64,000 nucleotides of DNA, taken from NCBI GenBank assembly GCA_030141605.1, contig JAQGDQ010000524.1, forward strand, positions 62,001-126,000, read 5' to 3'. Positions 50,358 to 62,956 of the stretch are shown in pieces. The stretch's first letter is position 1. Every line of letters starts with the position of its first letter. The translations under genes and the position numbers were made by a program. Source of the DNA: Tubiluchus corallicola (Eukaryota; Animalia; Priapulida). The notes under the pieces were generated by a model. That model had not been told where the DNA came from. It did no database searches and was given only the letters and a program-made list of their open reading frames with translations.

Positions 50358-51185
50358 AATCGCATAACATAACAAATAATTCGTGAGCTTACGGCATTAT
50401 TATCAATAGCTAGAATGTATAGAATATAGTTGGCGCCACCATCGATTAATGGAGACATTTTCTGGCACATTACGCCAAAACAAGAAACATTTCAATACCA
50501 ACAGTTTAGCGCGTGACAAATAAAATGGCTATATCTGTATTTACATTGCAGTGGTCATGATCACGGCGTGCCTTTGGTCATCAATACGTCAGAATTCGTC
50601 ACGGCTACCATATAATCAGCTGGGAAGAAAAAATATTTAATAATTGTTCTGTTTTAAGTTACTTGTGCATTTTTAGCACAAAATAACGCAATATGTGCTG
50701 TTTGCTGTTTTAGTGCTTCAGATTAGGGAAAAAACATTCCTGTTAAAATAAAAATGTGCTTGAGCAAAGTAAAAAAATCTTTGTTAAATTGAAACATGCG
50801 TCGTTAAGTGACAAAATGGTGACTTATAACACGTACGACGTCAAATCGCATAACATAACAAATAATTGGTTAGCTTAGGGCATTATTATCAATAGTTAGA
50901 ATATGTGGCACTGAGATGGCGCCACCATAGATTAATGGAGACATTTTCTGACACATTACGCCAGAACAAGAAACATTTCAATACACACAGTTTAGCGTGT
51001 GACAAATAAAATGTCTATATTTACATTGCATTGGTCATGATCACGGCGTCCCATTGGTCATCAATTCGTCAGAACTCTTCTATCTTACAAAAATTGCATG
51101 ACATGACATTGAGATGGCGCCACAGTCGATTAATGGTGATATTTTTTTCACTTTGCACAGAAACAAAGCACATTTCAATATACGT
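50358..51185. repeat. Local direct duplication (~240 bp x2 plus a partial third copy)
   Basis: AATCGCATAACATAACAAATAAT...GGCGCCACCAT.GATTAATGGAGACATTTTCTG at ~50358 and ~50844, partial at ~51112. Confidence 0.75.
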
Positions 51186-51652
51186 TCATGAGCACATCAT
51201 AAATCAAAATTTTTATTGTCTGTATCTGCCAATGTATCTATATGTACATTGCATTAGTCATGATTGCTACGTGTTTTTCGGCAGAGTTTCGTCAGCATTT
51301 TTAGACAATTATGATGAGAAAATGAAGGACATGGTTTACAAGATGAACTTAGTTTTACAATACATATTAAGCAAAATTTTTTGTACAAATATACAATCAA
51401 GAACACTTTTGCCACACCTACCTGATTCGCAGAAATCAAAAGACATTGACAAATTCAATATTCTCAGATTTTGTAAAAACATTATTAATAGTTAAATAGC
51501 AAATAGTTAACAGGCTTAATAATTGTGGGCAAGCTGTAATTCGGTGCTTGCTCTCCCCCTATTTTGCTTGCCCACATAGTTAAAAAACATTAATACTCAG
51601 ACATTAAGGTACTTCCCTCCTCTTTTTTGCAGTTTGTCCAGTTCGAGTACAC

Positions 51653-51974
51653 CAGTGGTTCCCAAACTTTCTCGGACCGTTACCCAAATCGGGAACCCGG
51701 TCGTGTCCATTACCCCCCACCTAGTACTACTTCTCCAACTCAAAAAGTAAACACACGTATATGCCACAAGCAAGCAAAATTATTTATGTTTGCTCGTGAC
51801 ATAATGGATCCCATGACACAGTGTTGCCTGCCGGAGGCAGTCTCTTCAAGAAGAAAACTACGTAAAATGCATTCCGAGCGAAGTTTTAAAAAATTTTAGA
51901 GGGGTGCCCGTTACCCCCCCCCCCCAAACCATATTACCCCCGCGGGTAATTTACCCCTACTTTGGGAACCAATG
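51653..51974. mobile_element. hAT (Charlie-like) MITE with perfect 8 bp TSD
   Basis: GAGTACAC|CAGTGGTTCCCAAA ... TTTGGGAACCAATG|GAGTACAC. Confidence 0.9.
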
Positions 51975-52269
51975 GAGTACACGAATAAACAACTGCTAAG
52001 TTGTTTGTCGTATCAAGCTGAAATGCCCAAGAGCCAAGAGCCAAGTGCTCTAGACCAAATGACTGCACGTTGCCAAATGGTGCCATTTACTCTAATATGC
52101 CTATGATCTGGATTCAACATTATTAAAATTACATTATGTACTGCACACAACAAATTAGACGAGAATCATTATGCAGTTTGTTTCACTTAAGCAAATGTCA
52201 CATATTTAAACGGCCATCATTTTAATGTAGTCTTACGGCGGCAAGATCACACTGCAGCCCAGCCCTTTG

Positions 52270-52722
52270 TTAATTCCATACTGCAGCCAAAGCATTTAAT
52301 AATTCTATGTTGCAGCCAAAGCATTTAATAATTCTATGTTGCAGCCAAAGCATTTGACAATTCTATATTGCAGCCAAAGCATTTAACAATTCTGTGTTGC
52401 AGCCAAACCATTTAACAGTTCCATGTTGCAACCAAAGCATTTAACAATTCTATGTTGCAGCCAAAGCATTAAAAAAATTTATGTTGCAGCCAAAACATTT
52501 AACAATTCTATGTTGCAGCCAAAGCATTTAACAATTCTATGTTGCAACCAAAGCATTTAACAATTCTATGTTGCAGCCAAAGCATTTAATCATTCTATGT
52601 TGCAGCCAAAGCATTTAACAATTCTATGTTGCAACCAAAGCATTTAACAATTCTATGTTACAGCCAAAACCTTAATTAATTGTATGTTGTAGCCAAAGCC
52701 TTTAATACTTCTATGTTACAGC
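52270..52722. repeat. Minisatellite, 29 bp unit x ~15, downstream of the GPCR stop
   Basis: GTTGCAGCCAAAGCATTTAACAATTCTAT repeated. Confidence 0.95.
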
Positions 52723-52934
52723 ACTGATCTTTTTACGTCTGTACTTAGGCCTTTATTTTGTACTTAGGCCTTTATTAATTCATGTTTCAGTCCAGGCCTT
52801 ATTAATACTATACTGAAGCTATGGTCATTAGGTCTACTAGTTTTTATCACAAGTTTGCCGGCATGTTTTAAAACCCAGTAAGAATATAATTACAAAATTA
52901 CAAAAGATTCAAAACTGTTCATACAGTGGGGCTG

Positions 52935-53492
52935 CTACAAGGAAGTCCTCGAGTTCTTCCTTGATGAATTATTATAGCTGCCCATTTCGGAACCACTGGA
53001 CCTCGCTGTCTTCCCCAGAACGATGTCCGTCAGCCGCTTCGGGACACCATTTTGTGATTCGCGCGGGTGCGTGCCTGTCGTCCTGATGTGCAAACTCTCC
53101 TCACTGCCATAGAACAGAGCGTAAATCTTGGAGACGAACAGACACAGCAGACACGCGGTGGCGTTGATGTACATGGCGCCACCTACGATGAATAGCCGAA
53201 ACTCCTGGTGTTCGGCGAGAAAGATGGCGGGAACGAAGGCGAACCACATGATGACCGTCATGTAGGTGACGGCAGAAATGTAACGGCTCTCGTTGAAATT
53301 GTCCGGCAGGGAACGCGTTCGGAACGCAAAGTAGCAGCACAGCACGACTAGAACGATGTTGCAGACGAGAAGAACGAAGAACGTCGCCACGTTCGTCGCG
53401 CATCTCTGTTCCACGTGGCGTTCCGTCGGGAACGGCATGACCAGCTCCACGTTTGGCGGTTCCACGACGAACAGGATGAAAGACAAGAAAAA
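52935..53492 (-). CDS. mGluR-like class C GPCR, terminal exon (end of TM4 to TM7 and C-tail)
   Basis: TTCTCTTTTCCGTTTCAG|FFLSFILFVVEPP...VEQRC...YFAFRTRSLPDNFNESRYI...WFAFVP...LFVSKIY...RTSL-TAG. Confidence 0.93.
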   Translation of the reverse strand, partial: FFLSFILFVVEPPNVELVMPFPTERHVEQRCATNVATFFVLLVCNIVLVVLCCYFAFRTRSLPDNFNESRYISAVTYMTVIMWFAFVPAIFLAEHQEFRLFIVGGAMYINATACLLCLFVSKIYALFYGSEESLHIRTTGTHPRESQNGVPKRLTDIVLGKTARSSGSEMGSYNNSSRKNSRTSL

Positions 53493-53524
53493 CTGAAACG
53501 GAAAAGAGAAAACCGGTGAGGTTT

Positions 53525-54056
53525 CAATACTGACCCGATGGCGCCATTACATGACGTCACATACACACAACATAAATCAGGGGAATAAAAGGAAATGTTA
53601 AATTATGTCCCAAAAAACTTTCCATGCAAAATTATGTTACTTAACATTTCGTTTACCTACTGAAAGAACTTATGTAACTAGAAAAAAATGCTTAATTATT
53701 TAAAATCCCTTCATCAGTTGGTGAAATGTCGCTTACTTACCCTCCAGGGTGCGCCACTCACTAACCTAAAAACGTAATTTTAATCTTATTGATAAGATAC
53801 AGTAATTTTTAATTTTACTTTGTTAGTGACGTGTGTGCTACGAATGCTCTGATTATTTTTCCAAAGTTTACTTAATGTTATCTAAACAGGTTTCAAACGA
53901 CCTACCATTAAAACGGCTGCGTCTAACGGTCATCGAGGGAGTTTAAATTTACACGTTTTATACGGCGTTACTGCCGACGCGAGCCGTGTGTGAAAAAAGG
54001 CAGTATGTAAGTGACATAAAATTTCTACGTAAGTGGAAGGTTTTCTTGTGCTTTAA
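53525..54056 (+). mobile_element. Family B (Kolobok-like) element, 5'-truncated copy
   Basis: Homologous to 8068-8737 from CAATACTG..CCGATGGCGCCATTAC onward; ends GGTTTTCTTGTGCT|TTAA. Confidence 0.7.
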
Positions 54057-55087
54057 GTAAACTAGGCAGCTGCCAAATTCTTTGATTTTGAAATTTAACC
54101 TCAAGTAATAACATGTTGTAAGTGTGCCGTCTTCCTGCAGAAACACACTTTTTAGTTTTGCTTTGTCGAATTTTCCAGGATTACGTCACTTCCGGCAAAC
54201 ACCTATGTCGTACAATCACGTCATAAATTCAACTTCGAATTCAATCAACACAAGGTACAGATAGGGAATTGGCAACACTTAATTAGTACCCTATACGCTT
54301 ACTACACTATAGTACACTGTAATACACGTATAAGCCCAACACACATGTAGCACCATTCATTACACTTTATTCTAATATTAAACAACGAAGGTCAATATTG
54401 GATGATCCGTGAGGATTGTGGGTGGAAGGGGTTGGCCGTTGACGAGGGGGCGCTGAAAATAATGTTTCGGGCTTCGACCCGGTAGATAGCCTTACGGCCC
54501 GCCATCGGTGATGCGGGTAAGCGCTGCATAACGGGCACTCCAGAAATTAAAAAAAAAGAAACAGCAAAACCAAAACTTCTAATTCAGAAGGGACGGCTGA
54601 GAAGAACAATACAATAGAAAAAAAACAAAACCTGATGACAATGCTTCAAACCTTACGGAATCCACGACACTCGGCAGGCAGACAGGAGAAGTGCATTCCA
54701 CGACAACCAGAAGACAACTGACGATGTCACGTGTGCGTTCTTTCCACAGGAAACCACTGCTCAACCAATCGCAGGTAATGTTATATGCTTCCTAGCTTAA
54801 AGTGGAGGTCATAACATTACCTGTAGGTTGGTTAGCCTGGTACCTATGAATAGAACTGTATAATGCACTTTTCCCTCTTCAATATTTTTACCTAGGGTGT
54901 CCTACAGCCGACATTGTTTACTGCTAATGTTAAATATTAGTCGGTCAATGTTTTTTAATCTAGCTAACTTGTTTTAAAATTTGAGCCTTCGAAGCCATCA
55001 TCTACACAGTCTGCTACTTTGCAAGTCACTCATCATCAGGGCATCACTCAGTATGTTATGGTAGAAACGGGACCAAAACAATTAGCC

Positions 55088-55313
55088 TTTTCACGTTGTC
55101 GTTCTGCGCACGCGCAGTTGCTTTAGGTCAAAGGCTAAGTGAAGCACAGCAACGTGTCTTAACTACAACCGTCACGGAATATGTGTAAAGCAAGGCAACA
55201 GCAGTTCAGTTGTTTTTAGTGGACTTTAATTATGCCTTAGTCTGTGTGATTTATTAGCAGGATTTTGCTGGGGAACAAAAAAAATGAACTAGGCAAGGTT
55301 CTAGCTAGATGTT
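55088..55313 (+). repeat. Dispersed repeat; inverted partner at 58348-58608
   Basis: TTTTCACGTTG..TGCGCACGCGCAG..TAGGTCAAAGG..CTTAACTACAAC..AAAATGAACTAGG.AAGGTTCTAGCTAG. Confidence 0.75.
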
Positions 55314-56199
55314 AAGACTGCTACTATTACAATAGTATGGACTGTGAGGTGTACACAAATGCGCTGTCTCGTACACTTAACCTTTAACCTTTTCACGATC
55401 ATCATCGATCGCTGGAACTGTGAAAAGGGACATTATCAGATATAAACCACTGAAATGAGACACCACAAAATGGTGGTCGTGGTGGTGGTGGTGGTGTTGA
55501 TGAAGATGATGATTATGATTATGATGATGATGATGATGATAATGACGATGGCGATGACATGACGATGACGATGATAATGATGACCACGAGTGGAAAATTT
55601 CCAAATGATGGCAACTTTTTAAGCTGTTCTTTTAACTTATCCAGGTTATCCTTACAATCTAAAAAAACAAAATTAAATTTTAATGCATTTCACACACCTC
55701 CAACTTTCGGCTGTTGACTTGTTTGCAATTATTCATTGATTTTTTTTAAATTTTCGTTACAATAAAAACGTTTTGTTTATGTCTAATGAAGCCAGACATT
55801 GTTTATACCTAATGAATGTAGCAAAAAATTTATAGCTATAAGCAAACATTTCGTTATCCAGCAACCTTATCAACACCTGTACATCTACAAACAAAAGACA
55901 TTGTCATGTATAATCAGACAGTTTGGAAAATGACGTCTTGTATTTACAGGCGTAAAATTATTGATATGGGATACTTGATTAACTAAACATCTGGTTCTTT
56001 TATGGTAAGCCAAGCTTTCAAGGTGTCATACAGCAACTCTTTTATTTGGTTAATTTGACTTCATCAACGTTTTTTTACCTATACTGTTTCTTTTTTTCAA
56101 TAACATTTTATGTTGATGTATTGTACATGTATTGCTGGAGTGAAATAAATTGATTGATTGATTGATTGATTTTAAACCCAATGATATTTAAATCGACTG

Positions 56200-56605
56200 T
56201 CCCTCAATCAGGTACACATAAACAACTTGTGCTAGAATCTACATGTATTGCTGTAATAACTGTAATACTACACTAATTGTATTAATTCTACTGTAATTGT
56301 ATTAATTGTTTTGGATCTCTGAATTAAGTAGCAACAATGTACATAACAATGTACAACTTGTACTTTGCTTGGGCTTATAGGCTCATGTACATCGAGAATC
56401 GTTTCTGTTGTCGTGTCTATTATGTGGGTTTTGTAAATTTTAATCAAGTATTAACTAATGAACTAGTCGTATTTTTGAATTAACTATTTTGAACTACTAC
56501 ATACTCCAACCAACCAATTGTATATTTCTTCCCTGCACCTAGTGGAAATACTGTGATCAGTAATAGTTACTGTGTTGTAAATTCACTCAAAATAAATAAC
56601 GTTTA
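56200..56605 (+). mobile_element. Family D repeat copy abutting the GPCR splice donor
   Basis: Homologous to 9795-10190. Confidence 0.65.
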
Positions 56606-56617
56606 TACATTACTTAC

Positions 56618-58043
56618 CATAAATCCAATAATTGAGATTGTTATGACAACCTGAGCAAGCGGTGACGTCATTCGAGGACGACTGTTCAAGTCTCGCTTTG
56701 TCGAGAAAATGCGGAATATCCGAATTGTCCTGGTTAACAAGGCAGAGAAGATGACAGTGAAAGACATGTGGAAACCGAAGTTGCTAATCCAGCACAGACC
56801 GTCAGATGGCGGCGCAAGAATGATGGGTATGATCAAGTAAGTGATTACGATCCCGCACCACATGATGGCGCTGAGTTCTCGACTGCAAGCTTTGATCAGT
56901 TTATCCTCCCTGTTCCTGATGAACACAAAGGCCACCCAGAAGGCGCCGACGATCCCCAGCATGGACGCCAGAATGAGAGCGAGCGGAAACGGACTCGTCA
57001 GGCGCACCATCTCCGGTTCGATATCCGCACACGTCGTGCCGTTCAAATCATCTGGCCACGTCAGGAGAGGGCATTCTTTGCACTTGCCTCCGTCGTCGGC
57101 GACGATTTCATTGTCGCGACATTCGTGACACTCGAAGCAGCACTGAGATATCGTGACCATTTTGTGGTGCGGCGGACAGGGCGCGGTGCAGAACGAGGAC
57201 GGAGCGGATGGCTGCTCTCCGGGCCACCTGATAAGATCCTCTTCAAGATTCCACTGCCGGTTGACCACGTCCCAACTGCCCACGAAGACAAGTTTGGCGT
57301 TCCAGCTGTCCGTCCTGCGGTAGTTGAAGAGAGAATACTTGCCTTTGATGTCGCCCCTTTCGTCGAACTCGATGTGCCCATTGTAACCCTCAAAACTCAC
57401 ATTGCGGAGGTGATCGATCAACTTTCCACCACCTTCCAATAATTTTTCCTCATTGATGCACTGGATTATTCCCTGTTTTTCAGCACCGGAGCAGTGGGTA
57501 TTAATCAGACTATCCAGCGCATGCGCAAAGGCATAAATCGCATCAACTATCATCGAGTTTTCAATTACGTCTTCGTGTTCTTCGAATGATCGCCGTCTTC
57601 CGGTTTTGCATTTAGGCTTCTCCGGATGTCCGTTTAGGGAACACTTGAAGTAATGTTCCCAGTATTCTCTAAACCACAGATTGTCTTCGCCATCTTTGTA
57701 TCGGAGAGAACGGAAGTAGTTGTTGAATGCCGGAATTGTCTTAGAAAAGGATTTTAGGCTCAGCGCTCCCAGGCCAACGTCGTCCAGACCGTCGTACTCT
57801 TCCACGGAATCGGACCAACCGTCGGAGGCGAAGAGCACGAAGTTTCGTGTCAAATTTGCCCGCTGCAAGGCGCTCATGACGGCAATGGCTTCTGCTTTGA
57901 AGGCGTAGATGATCACTACTCGGGAATTTTCATGTTGAGCTAGTTCACTGACGATATCGTCAAACATCGTGTCGTTACCTTCGTTGCCCTTGTCAATGGG
58001 TCTATCGACCGCTAGGCATGCGCGTGTTGTTTCCAATAGTTTC
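56618..58043 (-). CDS. mGluR-like class C GPCR, large exon (Venus flytrap C-half, 9-Cys domain, TM1-TM4)
   Basis: TGTTTCAG|...FASDGW...DNLWFREYWEHYFKC...DAIYAFAHAL...FDERGD...PSSFCTAPC..CCFECHEC..CKEC..WP...IKACSRELS...SALLTRTIRIFRIF...GFM|GTAAGT; phases match both neighbouring exons. Confidence 0.95.
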
Positions 58044-58347
58044 CTGAAACAATCAACCATTAAGTAATAAATGTGGACACAATTTTGTCTGCAAAACAGT
58101 AATAGATACATGGAACGCTTGTCGGAAAATCCGCTTAAAACCAAACCAGGCTGCTTGTCAATGTCAAAGCGTTTAGAATACCGTCTTGTTTTCCAATTTT
58201 TAATTAAACGCACACAGTAAGCCTTTTCGCAGTTCCAGCGATTGATGGTGAACGTGAAAAGGTCAAAGGTTAAATGAACCAGACAATGCGTTTGTGTACA
58301 CTTGACAACTCCTCGCAGCCCATGCTATTGTAACAGTAACAGTTTTA

Positions 58348-58608
58348 AACAGCTAGCTAGAACCTTACCTAGTTCATTTTTTTCTTGTTTTCTTGTTTCC
58401 AAGCAAGATCCTGCTAGTAAGTCACTCTACGCACTGACTAATGCATAATTAAGTAAAATCCACCTAAAAACAACTGAAGTTACCGAACTGACACGGCAGA
58501 CGGTTTTGCTTTACACACGTGTCAAGTGAAAGTTGTAGTTAAGACGCGTTGCCATGTTACACTTAACCTTTGACCTACAGAAACTGCGCACGCGCACAAC
58601 GTGAAAAG
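58348..58608 (-). repeat. Inverted copy of the 55088-55313 repeat
   Basis: CTAGCTAGAACCTT.CCTAGTTCATTTT..GTTGTAGTTAAG..CCTTTGACCTA..CTGCGCACGCGCACAACGTGAAAA. Confidence 0.75.
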
Positions 58609-58680
58609 TTTCTTTGCCAGCCAGCTCTTTTCTAAGGTAAACCAGTTTCAGAATCATCTCCTGCAAGAGCATCACACAAC

Positions 58681-59290
58681 TAGGGGTGATCATCGAATGT
58701 TCGAATTCGATTCGAACGTGTCTTTTTAACTCGAATTCGACACGAACCTAAAATTATAGATTCGAATAATTCAGCATTCAGTTCTTTATCATTAAAATGT
58801 TTGGAACATCGTGCAATTAGCACAATTTAGCTGCAGTTTCTGTGCAAAATTTTAAATAAATTATTAGTGGTGTTACTGCAGAAGAAAATCAAGTAATATG
58901 CATGATCTTTGTAAGACCACTTTTTACTAGTGGTTCGAAAACTTGTTCGAAAGTCTTTCAAACTCAATTCGGTTCGAATTCGAAATACTGAAATTCGGTT
59001 CGATTCGAATTCGCTTTCTGGTAAAGCAAATATGGATATCGCATTGATATGTGAACTTTACCACAACTTTGAAATATTGAAATCCAGTTCGAATCGAATC
59101 TGACGGCCGCAAATTCGATTCGATTCGATTTCGCTTTCTGGTAGGGAATGCAAAGCCCTTGTTGTATTTGAAAATATGGATATCGCATTGATATGTGGAC
59201 TTTACCACACCTTTGAAATGATGAAATCCGGTTCGATTCGAATCTGACGGTCGCAAAATCGATTCGATTCGAATCCGCTGCTTTCTGGTA
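58681..59290. mobile_element. hAT-like remnant with TTCGA/GAATC subterminal repeats and an internal ~145 bp duplication
   Basis: Starts TAGGGGTG; dense TTCGAA/TTCGAT motifs; AAATATGGATATCGCATTGATATGTG duplicated. Confidence 0.5.
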
Positions 59291-59360
59291 GAGAATGCTA
59301 ACCCGCAAGGTACTTGCACCTTGCAAACTCAAACAACTGATATTTTTAAAATGGTGTTAC

Positions 59361-59461
59361 CTCAAACCTGACGCTCCACTCTGACCATAATCATCGTTGA
59401 CGTAGAGCAAGGAGACGTACGTCCATTTAAAATAATTAATTACATCAACCATGGCTTCCAC
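59361..59461 (-). CDS. mGluR-like class C GPCR, internal Venus-flytrap exon (upstream exons not found in the window)
   Basis: GTTACCAG|VEAMVDVINYFKWTYVSLLYVNDDYGQSGASGL-AG|GTAAC; AMVD..F.WTYVS....DYG..G motif. Confidence 0.92.
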
Positions 59462-59690
59462 CTGGTAACATAAATAACTTAAAATTAAAAAATGATGCAC
59501 AATCAATTAGTAGCTCGTGCGAGCATTAACGTTGTTCAAAATTCGTCACTCTGGCGATGACCGCTAGGTGTAGCCATTGTAGTGTAAGTCGTTTGAAACA
59601 CGTTTAAAATTGCGCAAAGCTCGAAAAATAATCAGCACTTTCGTAGCACTTTCTTTGATAACTAAGCAAAACTTTATATTATATAGCTAT

Positions 59691-60116
59691 ATTGTGTTGT
59701 GTTGTGTTGTGTTGTGTTGTGTTGTGTTGTGTTGTGTTGGGTTGGGTTGGGTTGTGTTGCGTTCGTTGCGTTGCGTTGTGTTGTGCATTGCATTGTATTG
59801 CACAGCGTGGCATGCCATAACATGGTATGGTATTGCATTGCATTTTATTTTATTGAATTGCGTTGTGTTGCAATGCAATGCATGAATTTAATTATATAAT
59901 ATTAGATCTTATGTTACATACATTAAATTACTTTACATTACATTACATTACATTTCGTTACTTTACATTACATTACGTTACATTACATTACATTTCGTTA
60001 CATTACATTACATTACGTTACGTTACGTTACGTTACATTACGTTACATTACATTACATTACTTTACATTACATTACATTACATTACATTACATTACATTA
60101 CATTACATTACATTAT
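59691..60116. repeat. (GTGTT)n and (CATTA)n pentamer microsatellites
   Basis: Directly visible. Confidence 0.9.
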
Positions 60117-60677
60117 TTTGTCAATAAGGTCATTAACGTGTTTCGGTGAATCAGCGGCACACTGGGACGGGTGGTATGGATGTTGTAATTATTGAGAATT
60201 TTCTTTTCCAATTACGTAATTCTTTCAAACAGGTAAGCGCAATGCTAAGAAGTATAACTTTGTATGGAGATTTTGAATGAACACTTCAAAATTCCATTTA
60301 CTTGCATTTCAAAAGTTCTGAAATCTAAATTCCCATTTACGTTGCTATTGTCCTCCTGTTTAAAATCAGGTATTGGGCGAATCACACTTGTGAATGACTA
60401 CGTCACTCCAGTAATTAATCCACTTTACACAGGCGAGACAACCGCTGCATTGGCAAAGCGCAAAAAGTCGAATGTCGAAACAGACTTTGCAATGACTGTA
60501 GGAAACGATTACTGCGACTCGTTTTACGGATATTTGTGAAGAAAATGAAGTAATGCCCCCCATTTTGTAAGAACCACATTGAAATTTCAGCCGTGTAATA
60601 ATTTCTTAGTGTATTGAAACGGAAAACACTACGTGGAAAGTACGCGAATTATGAGTCTGTAACCAGAGTGTTTTATA

Positions 60678-61182
<505 letters not shown>

Positions 61183-61580
61183 CACTGATATATATAATAA
61201 CAAAAGAGAAACAAAAATAAACAAACAAATAAATAGATATGATGCTTGAGTATTGTTTCGAGTTCAGTCTTTTTCATTCATTTACTCATCTATTCATTCA
61301 CTCCCTCTGTCAGCAGTTGTTCTTGTTATTCACTTATTTACTCTTTTGTTTACAAGCTACGTTCGAACCATGTGTTTTGCAAGATGGTTTCATGGTCACA
61401 TTTGCACAACAATCTGACACCGACCATATCAAATTTAGTTCACCTACAAATGGTCTTACAGCGTTGGCTTCGTGTCAGGTAAAGTGACAGATATTTAGTT
61501 GTTTCAAAAATTAAATTTAAAGCTTTATTTTTATGTGTATCATACTTTTTATGGCCTAATAATAGTTTGTATACTTTTAT

Positions 61581-61750
<170 letters not shown>

Positions 61751-62956
61751 TAACGATTTGACCCCTTTGCATTTAAGGGAGCATTGGCCTTTACTAGTTG
61801 CAAACCGGTTTACAAAAACTGGCAGTCTTCACGTATCAAACAGAAAATTAATAACAAGATAGTTTAGCTTAGTAAGGTGGAATGTATTTCCACATTACCA
61901 TAATACATAAAACGTTATAGATTTAACAAGGTGGTGCCCCAAAGGCTCAGGTAGCAATGCACTTCCTACGTCACGTGACTGACTTTGTGTAGTTTGAGAG
62001 GGTACAATTAGATGAACATGCTCGTTGAAGAAGAGAGACTCATTTTGATAAGAAATATCAGTACTAATGATGTATTAAAAAGTAACTTTTTATTTACAAC
62101 TAGGTGCCATAATCACAAGTATTTTTCATGTGTGCATGAAATGTAATAAGTTAGTCTTTGCTACGAGTGTTTAGAACTTTCGTTGAAGCAGTCGAAGTGA
62201 AATCAATTTTTGTCTGCAACTTTTACAAATCGAAACTTGGCGGAGTTATGATGTTCCGTAACAATAAAATATTACTAAGTCGTACGCCGTTAGTAGTGAT
62301 TTTCCTTATCAAAACGATCACGAAGTTAACGAATGGACTTGTGAAAAAATGTTTTTATGAGAAAATGAAGCTGTGTTTATCGTTGCTGGAATCTTATTTG
62401 TTGGTCGTGATTGTTTTATCATTATTATCAAATTAACGTTCAATAGGTAATTAAGTAATAATGCAGATGTATGACACGTAGGTCCTCAGAGATGCGCATT
62501 TAGTGATCTTATTTATGTAGCAGGAAAGTTATACTAAATTTAGTATTAGAAAGTTTTAGAAATCTCCCTGACACGTGCATTTTATACATTTTTACTAACA
62601 ATATTTTATATCCAATCAAATAAGTTTACTCAAAAGTAATGTCCATAACTGTCCTTTATGTATTATAAAAATTCTACAATATTTGTACATAAAAATGTAT
62701 TGATTTATTACGTGATACTAAAGCAACTCTTTTGTGATCAGTACATTCTTCTGTTTAACACTGTTTAACATTCTTCAACACAGCTTTTGTATCATTATTA
62801 TGTTAATATTGTTTATTAAAAATAAATAAACTACGTTTACAAGCATTAGTTTTTGACTCAAGTTATCTAAAGTTTCTGACTGTATATAAAATGCTGTTAT
62901 AAACTGTTAATGTAAAATCTACTACTACTAAACCTACCACTATTTTACTATTATAG

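Noticed and set aside
56768-57442. 224-aa antisense ORF
   Set aside because: Shadow of the GC-rich GPCR exon
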